DNA of 37,589 nt from Deltaproteobacteria bacterium (GTDB lineage Bacteria > SAR324 > NAC60-12). Shown piece by piece: positions 17,427 to 25,744 of the stretch. The stretch lies in contig PBTB01000080.1 in assembly GCA_002726945.1 (NCBI GenBank), forward strand, positions 1 to 37,589. Reading direction: 5' to 3'. A model generated the notes under the pieces. That model searched no databases. It was not told where the DNA came from and worked only from the letters and a program-made list of their open reading frames with translations. Each line of letters starts with the position of its first letter. Position 1 is the stretch's first letter. The translations under genes were made by a program, and so were the position numbers.

Positions 17427-18269
17427 ATGCCAATCCATGTGCTTTACATCGTGTTGGGGGCCGCCCTCACGCACGCGACGTGGAACCTTTTCTTGAAGCA
17501 GACGGGCGACCGCATGGCGATGATGTGTGCGATGCACACCGTCACCGGGATGCTCGCCTTGGCGGCGATGCCGTGGGTTGGAGGAGTCATCGCCCTCGAA
17601 TCGTGGCCCCTGCTGATCGCGTCCATGATCATTCACGGCGGCTACTACCTCTTCCTCATCCGTTCCTACACCCACGGGGATCTGGGGTTGACCTACCCCA
17701 TTGCCCGGGGAATGGCCCCGCTGCTGGTGGGAGGAGCATCGATCTTGCTCTTGGACGACCCGGTTACCCAACTCCAACTGCTCGCCTTTGGCTTGACCGC
17801 TGTGGGGATCCTCACGCTGGGATTGCGGAATTCCACCTCACTCCGTAAACATCCTCAAGCCTTGCTCTATGCACTGGGAACCGGGGTGTTCATTGGTTCG
17901 TATACGGTGGTGGATGGCATGGGCGTGCGTCTTTCCGGAAACGTCTGGGCCTACATGAGTTGGCTCTTCACTTTGGAAATGCTCTTGACGCTGGCCGTCA
18001 CGATGTCTCGATTCCGGAGAGAAACGGCCCGTGTCCTGATCGGAACAGGCCGCAAGGGGATTTGGGCGGGGATCTTCTCGGCGTATGCTTACGGGTCCGT
18101 GATGTGGGCCATGAACGAAGCCCCCATCATGTTGGTCTCGGCCTTGCGGGAAACCAGCGTGGTGATGGCCTCGCTGCTTGCAGTGGTGGTGCTGAAGGAA
18201 CGCTTCGACCCCTTCCGGATACTGGCCGCCGTGCTGGTGGCGGTTGGGGTCGTGTTGCTGAAGCTCTGA
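17427..18269 (+). CDS. EamA/DMT family transporter
   Basis: About 10 predicted TM helices. N-terminus MPIHVLYIVLGAALTHATWNLFLK. I moved the start to the ATG at 17427 inside the track ORF (17373). Confidence 0.75.
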   Translation: MPIHVLYIVLGAALTHATWNLFLKQTGDRMAMMCAMHTVTGMLALAAMPWVGGVIALESWPLLIASMIIHGGYYLFLIRSYTHGDLGLTYPIARGMAPLLVGGASILLLDDPVTQLQLLAFGLTAVGILTLGLRNSTSLRKHPQALLYALGTGVFIGSYTVVDGMGVRLSGNVWAYMSWLFTLEMLLTLAVTMSRFRRETARVLIGTGRKGIWAGIFSAYAYGSVMWAMNEAPIMLVSALRETSVVMASLLAVVVLKERFDPFRILAAVLVAVGVVLLKL

Positions 18270-18277
18270 GGGGCGTG

Positions 18278-19291
18278 TCAGACCACGTCGCTGCCGCCAC
18301 CGCCGCCGGCGATGACGATCGTGCCTTCCTCTTCGAGCTTCTTAACCACCTTGATGATCTTCTGCTGCGCAGCTTCCACGTCCGCAACCCGCACCGGCCC
18401 CAAGTTCTCCAAATCGTCCCGCACCATCTCCCCCTGCTTGGAGGACATCGAGGAGAAGATGAGTTCCTTGACAGCATCGCTGGCGGTCTTGAGCGCCAGT
18501 GTGAGGTCCGGAATATCGACGTCTTTGAGAACCGTCTGCATCTGCTTGGCATCAATGGCCGAGAGGTCCTCGAAGGTGAACATGAGTTCGCGGATCTGCT
18601 CGGCAAGGTCCGGGTTGTTTTCCTCGATGTTCGAGAGGATGCGCGTCTCGGTGGCCTTGTCCACGGCGTTGAGGATTTCGGCGACGGGTGTGACCCCGCC
18701 CACTTTTGTGACCATGCTGCTTGCACTCTTCATTTCCTCGAACAGCACGTCGTTCATCTCCGAAACCACTCCGGGCGGGATGCTGTCAATCACCGCCATG
18801 CGGTACATGACATCCGCTTGCAGGTTTTCCGGCAGGCTGCGGAGGACGGTTGAGGACTGTTCGATGTTGTTGAGATAGGCAAGCACCAGCGCGATCGTCT
18901 GCGGATGCTCGCCCCGGATGTAGTTGGAGATCATCACCGGGTCAACGTAGCGCAGGGCATCGAGTCCACCTTCCTCCTGTCCGGAGCGCAGGTTGCCTTC
19001 CAGTTCCTTCGCCTTGTCCGCACCAAGTGCCTTGCTGAGGGCGTTCTTGACGAAATCCGGAGAGGCGTTGATGTTGACGCCTTCCTCCTGCATCACGGAG
19101 TTGCGGTAGAACTCCTCCAGCACAATGTCAAGCTCTTCCGGCGCGACATCGGTGAAGCGGGTCATGTAGTAGCCGACCTGCTGGATTTCCGATTCTTCGA
19201 GGTTCTTCATCACCTCGGCAGCACCGTCCTCGCCAAGGGCGAGCAGCAGGATGGCGGCCTTCTTCGGGCCGGTCAGTTTGCCAACACTCAT
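18278..19291 (-). CDS. fliG: Flagellar motor switch protein FliG
   Basis: LTGPKKAAILLLALGEDGAAEVMKNL, EHPQTIALVL, and a C-terminal torque-helix region (DIPDLTLALKTASDAVKELIFSSMS). 337 aa, full length. Confidence 0.9.
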   Translation of the reverse strand: MSVGKLTGPKKAAILLLALGEDGAAEVMKNLEESEIQQVGYYMTRFTDVAPEELDIVLEEFYRNSVMQEEGVNINASPDFVKNALSKALGADKAKELEGNLRSGQEEGGLDALRYVDPVMISNYIRGEHPQTIALVLAYLNNIEQSSTVLRSLPENLQADVMYRMAVIDSIPPGVVSEMNDVLFEEMKSASSMVTKVGGVTPVAEILNAVDKATETRILSNIEENNPDLAEQIRELMFTFEDLSAIDAKQMQTVLKDVDIPDLTLALKTASDAVKELIFSSMSSKQGEMVRDDLENLGPVRVADVEAAQQKIIKVVKKLEEEGTIVIAGGGGGSDVV

Positions 19292-19382
19292 GAGCTAACC
19301 TGTAAAAAGTTCCGGGGGTTTGGAAACGAGCCTCCATGCGCCTTAGTGATCCCCTCATCCCGAACGGGAGGGGTAAAGCATA

Positions 19383-19445
19383 ATGGCTCGTTCTCCAAAG
19401 AGCAAGGACAATTGCTCTCCTCTGGAAAAACAAAGCACGAGCCAT
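19383..19445. other. Nested stem-loop element in the fliG/dus divergent intergenic region
   Basis: Outer 9-bp stem ATGGCTCGT (19383-19391) with ACGAGCCAT (19437-19445). It encloses a 7-bp hairpin, AGAGCAA (19399-19405) with TTGCTCT (19412-19418). It is preceded by a GC-rich hairpin, CCCCTC (19351-19356) with GAGGGG (19368-19373). Confidence 0.35.
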
Positions 19446-19512
19446 GCCTCTCCACTGGACTTTAACGGCAAAATCCCGTAACCTGAAGAAATCGCAAACC
19501 GCCGGAATTTCC

Positions 19513-20475
19513 ATGCGCTGGTCCGAATTTCCCCGTCCGATTGTCTGCCTCGCCCCAATGGACGGTGTGACCAACACCGCCTGCCGCCAAGTGGTGCGCC
19601 GCCTCAACCCGGAGGTGGTGCTGTTCAGCGAGTTCACCAGCGTTGATGGCCTTGTGCGCAGCGAACACGTCCGGCAACGGCTCGACCACGAACCCTGTGA
19701 ACACCCCCTTTTCATGCAACTTTTCGGCAACGCTCCGGAAACCTTTGCCGAGGCATCGCGCATGGTGGCGGATTGCGGCATGCTGGGAGTGGACATCAAC
19801 ATGGGTTGCCCCGCGAAGAAGATCGTCCACTCGCAGCACGGCAGTGCGCTCATGCGTGAACCGGACCTTGCCTGCCGGATCATCGACGCAGTGAGAGAAG
19901 CGAGCGGGCTGGAGGTGTCCGTGAAAACACGGCTGGGATGGTCCGACGCTTCCGAACTGATTCCCTTCGCCAAGCGGCTGGAATCCGCCGGAGCGTCCCT
20001 GCTGACCATTCACGGACGCACCTACCACCAAGCCTTCAAGGGAGAGGCCGACTGGGAGCCGATCTACGAGTTGAAAAAGCACCTTGCCATTCCGCTGCTT
20101 GGCAATGGCGATGTGGCTAACCATACCCACGGCCTGCGAAAACTCCGGAATCTGGATGGGTTTATGATTGGACGAGCGGCAATTGGAGATCCATGGGTGT
20201 TCCGGCATTTCGCCAAAACTCCGCCACCAGCACTGGTCGAGCGCATTGACGTCGCGGTGGACCACTACCACCTGCTTCGCAAACTCCGCCCCGAACGGGC
20301 AGCCGTGCCGGAATTTCGCAAGTACCTCGGCAATTACCTTTCCGGATTCCGCCGTGCGAAGGAATGGCGGATGCGGCTCATGCAGTGCAAAATGGAAATG
20401 GAGTTCCTTGCCGAAATGGCCACTCTGCGCAAGTACGTGGAGCCGCTTCCGGACTCCCTGCCGCTTGCCAGCTAA
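19513..20475 (+). CDS. tRNA-dihydrouridine synthase
   Basis: CLAPMDGVTN, GVDINMGCPAKK and TIHGRT motifs. I moved the start to the ATG at 19513, which gives the usual short N-terminus. The ATG at 19444 is also possible. Confidence 0.9.
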   Translation: MRWSEFPRPIVCLAPMDGVTNTACRQVVRRLNPEVVLFSEFTSVDGLVRSEHVRQRLDHEPCEHPLFMQLFGNAPETFAEASRMVADCGMLGVDINMGCPAKKIVHSQHGSALMREPDLACRIIDAVREASGLEVSVKTRLGWSDASELIPFAKRLESAGASLLTIHGRTYHQAFKGEADWEPIYELKKHLAIPLLGNGDVANHTHGLRKLRNLDGFMIGRAAIGDPWVFRHFAKTPPPALVERIDVAVDHYHLLRKLRPERAAVPEFRKYLGNYLSGFRRAKEWRMRLMQCKMEMEFLAEMATLRKYVEPLPDSLPLAS

Positions 20476-21293
20476 TCCTCTTCCCGGATTGCCTCAAGCT
20501 GTAGCTCCACCACTTCCCAGCGGGGAGTCGGACCCTCAAGAAATTGCAGCTTCAGGCTCACCGTGTACCCGGAATCTTGGTCCGGTGGACCGATGCGCAG
20601 TCGCACCTCGGAGAGGCTGCTTGTTGAGCGGAGGTCGAGGCTGAGTTCCGGCTCGTTGAGTTCGGGATGCCGAACCAGCAAAGCCTCGGTGTCCGGATGG
20701 GTGCGCAAGTGTTGGACGATGGTCTGATACGCGGCGGTCTTGCGCAGGGTGAAGTCCTGCAACAGCAGCGCAGCTCCGAAGAACCCGAAGAGGATCGTAT
20801 TTGCCAGCAGGATGCGCAACATGGGGCGCAGCGCCTGCGGATTTTCGATGACCACTGTGTTCGCCCAGCGATCCCCAAGCCGCTGCCCCAAGCCGCTGCC
20901 CCGCTGCAAATCCCATAGTAGCATAATCCCCTCCAGCGGGAAAACCGCGAGTGGCACTCCGCGCAACAGCCCGCATCCCGTGTTGAGCGGCGTCAGAATC
21001 GCGTCCCGGCTTCGTGCCGCCAATCCGAGCAGCAGCTTTCCGGGGCTGACCCCACGCACAGCATCTCGCAACACCAGCAATCCAAGTAGTCCTGCGTAAA
21101 AGGGGAGGAGTTCGATCCACGTTTGTTCACGGCGCATAAGATCCCAATGCTCCTCCTGGAAGGCGTGTTGCAGGGTGTTGCTGATCAGCAGGGTGAGGAT
21201 GAAATCGAAGATCAGCGCAAACAACCGCTTTCCGGGGGAGGCCACTTGGAGCTTGGGAAGTTCCTGCTCCGTTCCCTTTGCAGATTGGGGCAT
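20472..21293 (-). CDS. RDD-family membrane protein with a C-terminal extracytoplasmic domain
   Basis: KRLFALIFDFILTLL, RDAVRGVSPGKLLLGL and QRLGDRWANTVVI match the RDD domain pattern. The start is called at the ATG at 21293, 2 nt after the upstream gene's stop. The track ORF extends to 21467, overlapping that gene. Confidence 0.75.
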   Translation of the reverse strand: MPQSAKGTEQELPKLQVASPGKRLFALIFDFILTLLISNTLQHAFQEEHWDLMRREQTWIELLPFYAGLLGLLVLRDAVRGVSPGKLLLGLAARSRDAILTPLNTGCGLLRGVPLAVFPLEGIMLLWDLQRGSGLGQRLGDRWANTVVIENPQALRPMLRILLANTILFGFFGAALLLQDFTLRKTAAYQTIVQHLRTHPDTEALLVRHPELNEPELSLDLRSTSSLSEVRLRIGPPDQDSGYTVSLKLQFLEGPTPRWEVVELQLEAIREED

Positions 21294-21295
21294 GC

Positions 21296-22213
21296 TCAAC
21301 TCAAGTGCAGCGAATGCTCGGAAATGAAGGGGTGCCGGAAGAGAAACTGCCGGAGCGCTTCGGCCACCGGCTCTGGATGGTCGAGGTGCAGGTGATGCCC
21401 CCCGTTCAGTTCGACATGCTCCAAGGTCGGCACCAAAGCAATGCGCGAATGGATCAGGTCCAGCCACTCACGCAAAGCGCTGTGCTTGCCCGTGATGAGC
21501 AGTGTGGGCATCCTCAGATTTGCTAGAAATGCGCACACCTGTGCTTCCGTGAGGTAAACACGGGAGTGCACCTTGAGCCGGGGGTCGGTTCGCCAAGTGA
21601 AGCGCTCGCCTTGCGGACAAAGATTGCGCTGCACGAGGGCGCGCACAGACGATTCTGCCATGTCGTTCACGTTCATCCGTGCGGCCACAGCCACGTTTTC
21701 GGAAACGTACTGCGGCATCCGTTTGTTGGGAAACGCCTGCCACAGTTCGTTGGACTCGCGCAGGATATCCGCAGCCTCCTCAGCAGGTTTGGCGAGCGGT
21801 CCCAGTCCTTCGATGAGCAGAAGCTGCGAGATGCGTTCCGGAATCGTTCCCGCCGTGATCGTGGCCAAAGCCGCCCCCATCGAATGTCCCAAGAGCGAAA
21901 ACCGCTCCCAGCCGAAATGATCGGCGACTTCAAAGAGTTCGGAAACCATGTCGAGAAAATGATACGCCGTTCCCGGAGGGCGGTGGTCTGAGAGTCCGTG
22001 TCCGGGGAGGTCCAGCGCCAACAGGCGGCAATCCGGCAGCAGCGGGGCAATGTGATCGAAGGAGGCTGCATTGTCGAGCCAACCGTGGCAGGCAATCACC
22101 GGGGGGGCATCCTCTGGACCCCAGATTCGTGCCGTGAGGTTGAGGTGCCGGAGGGGAATGCTGAGTTCGGTTGGCGTGTTCAAGGGTTGGACGTGGAGAA
22201 GTGCATCAATCAT
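21296..22213 (-). CDS. alpha/beta-fold hydrolase
   Basis: HGWLDNAASF oxyanion region, nucleophile elbow GHSMGA and C-terminal GGHHLHLD. The ATGA overlap with the upstream pseudopilin stop suggests translational coupling. Confidence 0.85.
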   Translation of the reverse strand: MIDALLHVQPLNTPTELSIPLRHLNLTARIWGPEDAPPVIACHGWLDNAASFDHIAPLLPDCRLLALDLPGHGLSDHRPPGTAYHFLDMVSELFEVADHFGWERFSLLGHSMGAALATITAGTIPERISQLLLIEGLGPLAKPAEEAADILRESNELWQAFPNKRMPQYVSENVAVAARMNVNDMAESSVRALVQRNLCPQGERFTWRTDPRLKVHSRVYLTEAQVCAFLANLRMPTLLITGKHSALREWLDLIHSRIALVPTLEHVELNGGHHLHLDHPEPVAEALRQFLFRHPFISEHSLHLS

Positions 22214-22683
22214 CGTGCGGTATTCGGCCCCGTGGTCCGGATGCGACCGATTGGGTTGACTACGATTTTGCCTTCGTGGGTTCCAGAGCGCAGAGTGATG
22301 GTGCCTCCCTGAGCAAACCCGAATGCGCTGAAGCTGGGCCAGCGGGTGGCTGTGACCTCAATCTCCGAAGATAATTGTTGTGAGTCGAGCGTTTCGTATC
22401 CGGAATCTCCGGAACGCTGGAGTGCCACGAAATCCGCATTTTCCACAAGCCGATGACGACGGCGGGTGCTGAGAGCCAACCATTGTGCCTCTTCAGCGAA
22501 GCCTCGGATCGTCGCAAGTTCCGTTTGCAACTGCACACGCTCATTCCACGGCTGGAAGACCGGCCACGCCAGCCCCAAGAGGAGGCTGATGACCCCAAGC
22601 GTGATCACGACTTCCAGCAGCGTGTAGGCTTGGAGATCAGTAGGCGTTTTGATGAATGAAACCCTTGAAAGGAGTGAGGGCAA
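22210..22683 (-). CDS. GspH/FimT-like pseudopilin with a non-canonical prepilin N-terminus
   Basis: The hydrophobic N-terminal helix AYTLLEVVITLGVISLLLGLA is like the prepilin methylation motif. The C-terminus TITLRSGTHEGKIVVNPIGRIRT is typical of GspH/FimT. There is no nearby in-frame ATG. The start is tentatively the TTG at 22683, which would overlap the upstream gene's 3' end by 47 nt. Confidence 0.6.
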   Translation of the reverse strand: MPSLLSRVSFIKTPTDLQAYTLLEVVITLGVISLLLGLAWPVFQPWNERVQLQTELATIRGFAEEAQWLALSTRRRHRLVENADFVALQRSGDSGYETLDSQQLSSEIEVTATRWPSFSAFGFAQGGTITLRSGTHEGKIVVNPIGRIRTTGPNTAR

Positions 22684-24031
22684 GAATCTTAAGGTCCAAC
22701 CAGATGGACCAGTTTTCGATGTAGTAGAGATCGCATTCGATGCGTTTTTCCAGAGACGTATTGCCGCGCCAGCCGTTGATCTGCGCCCAGCCCGTGATGC
22801 CGGCCTTGACCTTTTGCCGCAGCATGTAGTCGGGAATTTTCGTTTTGAAGTGATCAATGAAGACCGGACGCTCCGGACGTGGCCCCACCAAGCTCATCTC
22901 ACCCCGGAGAACGTTGAAGATCTGGGGCAATTCATCGAGACTCAAGCCGCGCAACCTGCGCCCCAAAGGGGTGACCCGGTCATCGTCCCTCTTGGCCCAC
23001 ATTGCTCCGGAGCTTTGTTCCGCATCCACTCGCATGGAGCGAAACTTGAGGGCATAAAACAGACGACCGTCCAAGCCCATACGCTCCTGGCGGTAGAGGA
23101 TTGGCCCCGGAGAAGTCAGGCGAACAAGCAAAGCCACGAGCAGCATGAGCGGTCCAAAAATCAGCAGAGCGGTGAGTGCTCCGAACAAGTCCAAGCTTCG
23201 TTTCAAAACACGGTTCCAGCCCTCCAAGGGGCTTTGCACGATGGTGACGATGGGAATGCCCTCCACGTTCTCGACCTCCGTGTGGAGAGTCCGGAAGTTC
23301 CCTAGATCCGGGACGACCCGGACATCGACCCAGTGCGTTGAAAGCTGGGATTGCAGTTCGGGCAAGAGCTGCTGTTCATCTGGGGCCAGAGCCAGAAAAA
23401 CTTGATCAATCCGGTGTTGGACAATAATGTGAGCCAACGATTTGAGGGAGCCAAGGCGGGGGATTGTCGGGGCAGGCGGGGCTTGCTCTCCAAAAGTGGG
23501 GGTGATCACCCCCTCAAGCACGATTCCCGCAGCTTGCAACCTTGAGAGCTTTTCGGCCAAGCCTGCTGCACTCGCTCCGGAGCCAATCAGCAGGATGCGC
23601 TCAAGGTGATACCCTTGGGCATGGAGCCATCGCAGCCCTTTGTAAGCAAGCAGTCGGGAGGCAAACTCCACTGCGGTAAAGAGGGTCAGGAAGTAAATGA
23701 GATGAAGCCGAGAAAAGGAGAAATCCCGGTAGAAGAAGGCCGCAAACAGTGTCAACACGATAACTCCAGCCACTCCTTTTGCCACCCGAAACAGCTCTCT
23801 TTTCAGAGGTTGAACCTGATAAACCTTGGTGTAAGAGAAAGAAAAACCTGTGAGGACTGAAACGAGTGTTGCCGCAAGCAAGTATTCTTGATGGCTCGGG
23901 GCCTCGTGGGCAAGCGGCCAATTCAACCAGAGGAAGCGCAACTGATATGCAAACTCCCACACTCCGAAAGCCAAGGCGAGGTCCAGCAGCCTCAGCAGCG
24001 AAAAGTAAACCTGAGTGTGCCGACTCAGCAT
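22637..24031 (-). CDS. Polyprenyl-phosphate sugar phosphotransferase (WcaJ/exopolysaccharide priming transferase family)
   Basis: N-terminal TM helices, then SPGPILYRQERMGLDGRLFYALKFRSM, DDRVTPLGRRLRGLSLDELPQ and SLVGPRPERP. Confidence 0.9.
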   Translation of the reverse strand: MLSRHTQVYFSLLRLLDLALAFGVWEFAYQLRFLWLNWPLAHEAPSHQEYLLAATLVSVLTGFSFSYTKVYQVQPLKRELFRVAKGVAGVIVLTLFAAFFYRDFSFSRLHLIYFLTLFTAVEFASRLLAYKGLRWLHAQGYHLERILLIGSGASAAGLAEKLSRLQAAGIVLEGVITPTFGEQAPPAPTIPRLGSLKSLAHIIVQHRIDQVFLALAPDEQQLLPELQSQLSTHWVDVRVVPDLGNFRTLHTEVENVEGIPIVTIVQSPLEGWNRVLKRSLDLFGALTALLIFGPLMLLVALLVRLTSPGPILYRQERMGLDGRLFYALKFRSMRVDAEQSSGAMWAKRDDDRVTPLGRRLRGLSLDELPQIFNVLRGEMSLVGPRPERPVFIDHFKTKIPDYMLRQKVKAGITGWAQINGWRGNTSLEKRIECDLYYIENWSIWLDLKILALTPFKGFIHQNAY

Positions 24032-24066
24032 TTCTCAACCCTTAACTGCCCGTTTTGAACACGACC

Positions 24067-25104
24067 ATGCCAGCTTTTCACCCCAACCGAGTCCACACCC
24101 TCGTCCTCGACTTGCCAAGTTTGGCTCAGGATTTTCGGCAGGAAGACTGGGGTGGATTTCGTGAAGTCCTGACGATTTTCGAACAGCGCGGATTCCGGTT
24201 GTACGCTGTGGAAACGGACGCTCCGGAAGGCCGCTGGTCGGGCAGCCCACAGGTGGCACACTTGAGCGGAACCCCGCAGGAATTGATCCAAGCCAATCCC
24301 GCCTTGAGCAACGAGGGGGTGTTTTGGGTGACTGGCCATCCGGAAGTTCAAGCGCAGTTGGCAGAGGGAAACTGTTGGTTTGCGGGAGGCAACTCTGAAG
24401 CCGAAGCGGCAGATGGGCTGCACTTTCAGCACTTTTCCGATCTGCTGGAAATTCTCCACCCTAGCCGCGCCTCGGCGCAGGATTTCGCACACCTGCTGCT
24501 TGAGGTCAAGCGCCATTCCCCGCAACTGCCGCTGACAATTGGAGTCGGCGGTCCCGATGAATGCGGGCATGCCTTTGTGATTGCCGAGATCATGGAGGCG
24601 TTGGAAGAGCTTGGGCAACTCGTTTCGGGCTTGGATTTGACTGAATTGCTGGGAGTGGAGTTTGAGGCACAAAGCAAGGCCCGGTACTGGAAAAATCCCT
24701 GGATGCGAAGCTGGGTGCTGGAAGAGGTGCTGCGGCCCTACAGCAATGGGAAGCCGGTTGTGATCGAGTCCGAGCCGGGGTTTCTGGAGTCCTTGGAGGT
24801 GACGACTTTTCCGTTCTTCGCCCCCCCGGAAGGGATCATGCTGGTGTGGGGCGTTCCCTTGTTCCTGCCGGATTTTGAGCAGTTGATCGACCTCCGGGTT
24901 CACTTGGACCTTTCTCCCCGAACCGCCACGGCCCGGCTGTTTGAGATTGATGAGCGCGAGGAGTTTGACAAGTCCTTCATTGAATCCTACCAACAGCGCG
25001 AGGGGCGATTGTACCAAAACTACCTTGATGAGTTCGGCGTGGAAAACCAACTCGACTACCGCATCGACTTCGAGAACCTGAACGCCTTCCGGCTCAAACC
25101 CTGA
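24067..25104 (+). CDS. Hypothetical protein: HAD-like N-terminal region plus uridine kinase/PRK-like domain with a degenerate P-loop
   Basis: The C-terminal half aligns by eye with Udk/PRK: IMLVWGVPLFL...DLRVHLDLSPRTATARLFEIDERE...YQQREGRLYQNYLDEFGVENQLDYRIDF. The Walker A position reads IGVGGPDECGHAF, with no GK[ST]. The first ATG is at 24067; the track start at 24055 is TTG. Confidence 0.55.
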   Translation: MPAFHPNRVHTLVLDLPSLAQDFRQEDWGGFREVLTIFEQRGFRLYAVETDAPEGRWSGSPQVAHLSGTPQELIQANPALSNEGVFWVTGHPEVQAQLAEGNCWFAGGNSEAEAADGLHFQHFSDLLEILHPSRASAQDFAHLLLEVKRHSPQLPLTIGVGGPDECGHAFVIAEIMEALEELGQLVSGLDLTELLGVEFEAQSKARYWKNPWMRSWVLEEVLRPYSNGKPVVIESEPGFLESLEVTTFPFFAPPEGIMLVWGVPLFLPDFEQLIDLRVHLDLSPRTATARLFEIDEREEFDKSFIESYQQREGRLYQNYLDEFGVENQLDYRIDFENLNAFRLKP

Positions 25105-25582
25105 TTTCCTGACTGCGCTCAAACCGCCGTAAGTCCTGCGCGATCAACGTTTCCTCCTCGGCACTCAAGGGAAGGAGTTCAGACTCCTGCTCCTTCCGGA
25201 CCCAGCGCTTTGAGCGCAGCAGCACCACACCAAGCACGACCACCAGCCCAATTCCGGGAAGCCCCCAGAGCAGCAGATTGAAGCCCTGCTTGGGTGGCGC
25301 TCGCAGAATCCACTCCCCGTAACGCTCCACGAAGTACGCACGAATCTCCTCGTCCGAAAGCCCGGAGTTCATCAGTTCCCGGATCTTGAGCTTCATGCTC
25401 GTTGAGAACCCCGCCTGCGAATCCTTGACGGAAATGCCTTGACAGGTGGGGCAACGCAGCGAGTCGGACAGGTTGCGGAACCGCTGCTCAAAGGCAGGAT
25501 CGTTTTCCGCGAAAACCGATGGGAGCGTCACGCTCAAGTGGATCAAAAGGACGCAAAGCAAACGAAAGAAGGTTCGATTCAT
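25094..25582 (-). CDS. ccmH: Cytochrome c-type biogenesis protein CcmH/CycL family
   Basis: Signal peptide MNRTFFRLLCVLLIHLSVTLPSVFA, the LRCPTCQG motif, the following conserved stretch IRELMNSGLSDEEIRAYFVERYGEWILRAPP, and a TM anchor. The track ORF extends upstream (to 26074), antisense into gcdH, and I trimmed it. Confidence 0.8.
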   Translation of the reverse strand: MNRTFFRLLCVLLIHLSVTLPSVFAENDPAFEQRFRNLSDSLRCPTCQGISVKDSQAGFSTSMKLKIRELMNSGLSDEEIRAYFVERYGEWILRAPPKQGFNLLLWGLPGIGLVVVLGVVLLRSKRWVRKEQESELLPLSAEEETLIAQDLRRFERSQEIRV

Positions 25583-25744
25583 CTGGACATTCTTCTGGGG
25601 AGAAATACTCAGATGAATCATACTCAATGCATCGACGCCTTGCAACACGAACCCACGAATCCTGCACGTCCGAGTTAGCGTTTGCGAGTGAACCGGGTTC
25701 TCGATATTCTGATGGTTTTTTGAAGCCAACCCCGACAAACTGAA

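Noticed and set aside
20873-20898. Tandem duplication of a 13-nt unit (CCCCAAGCCGCTG, twice) inside the RDD gene as a possible slipped-strand frameshift switch
   Set aside because: The current frame is intact and encodes the conserved GQRLGDRW RDD motif. Only two units are present, and they are explained by the repeated Gly-Leu-Gly-Gln-Arg codons.
24025-25122. 365-aa ORF antisense to the HAD/kinase-like gene
   Set aside because: The plus-strand frame has a coherent kinase-fold pattern and normal composition. The minus-strand frame is rich in K/R/Q/G/L and has no motifs. I treat it as a shadow ORF.
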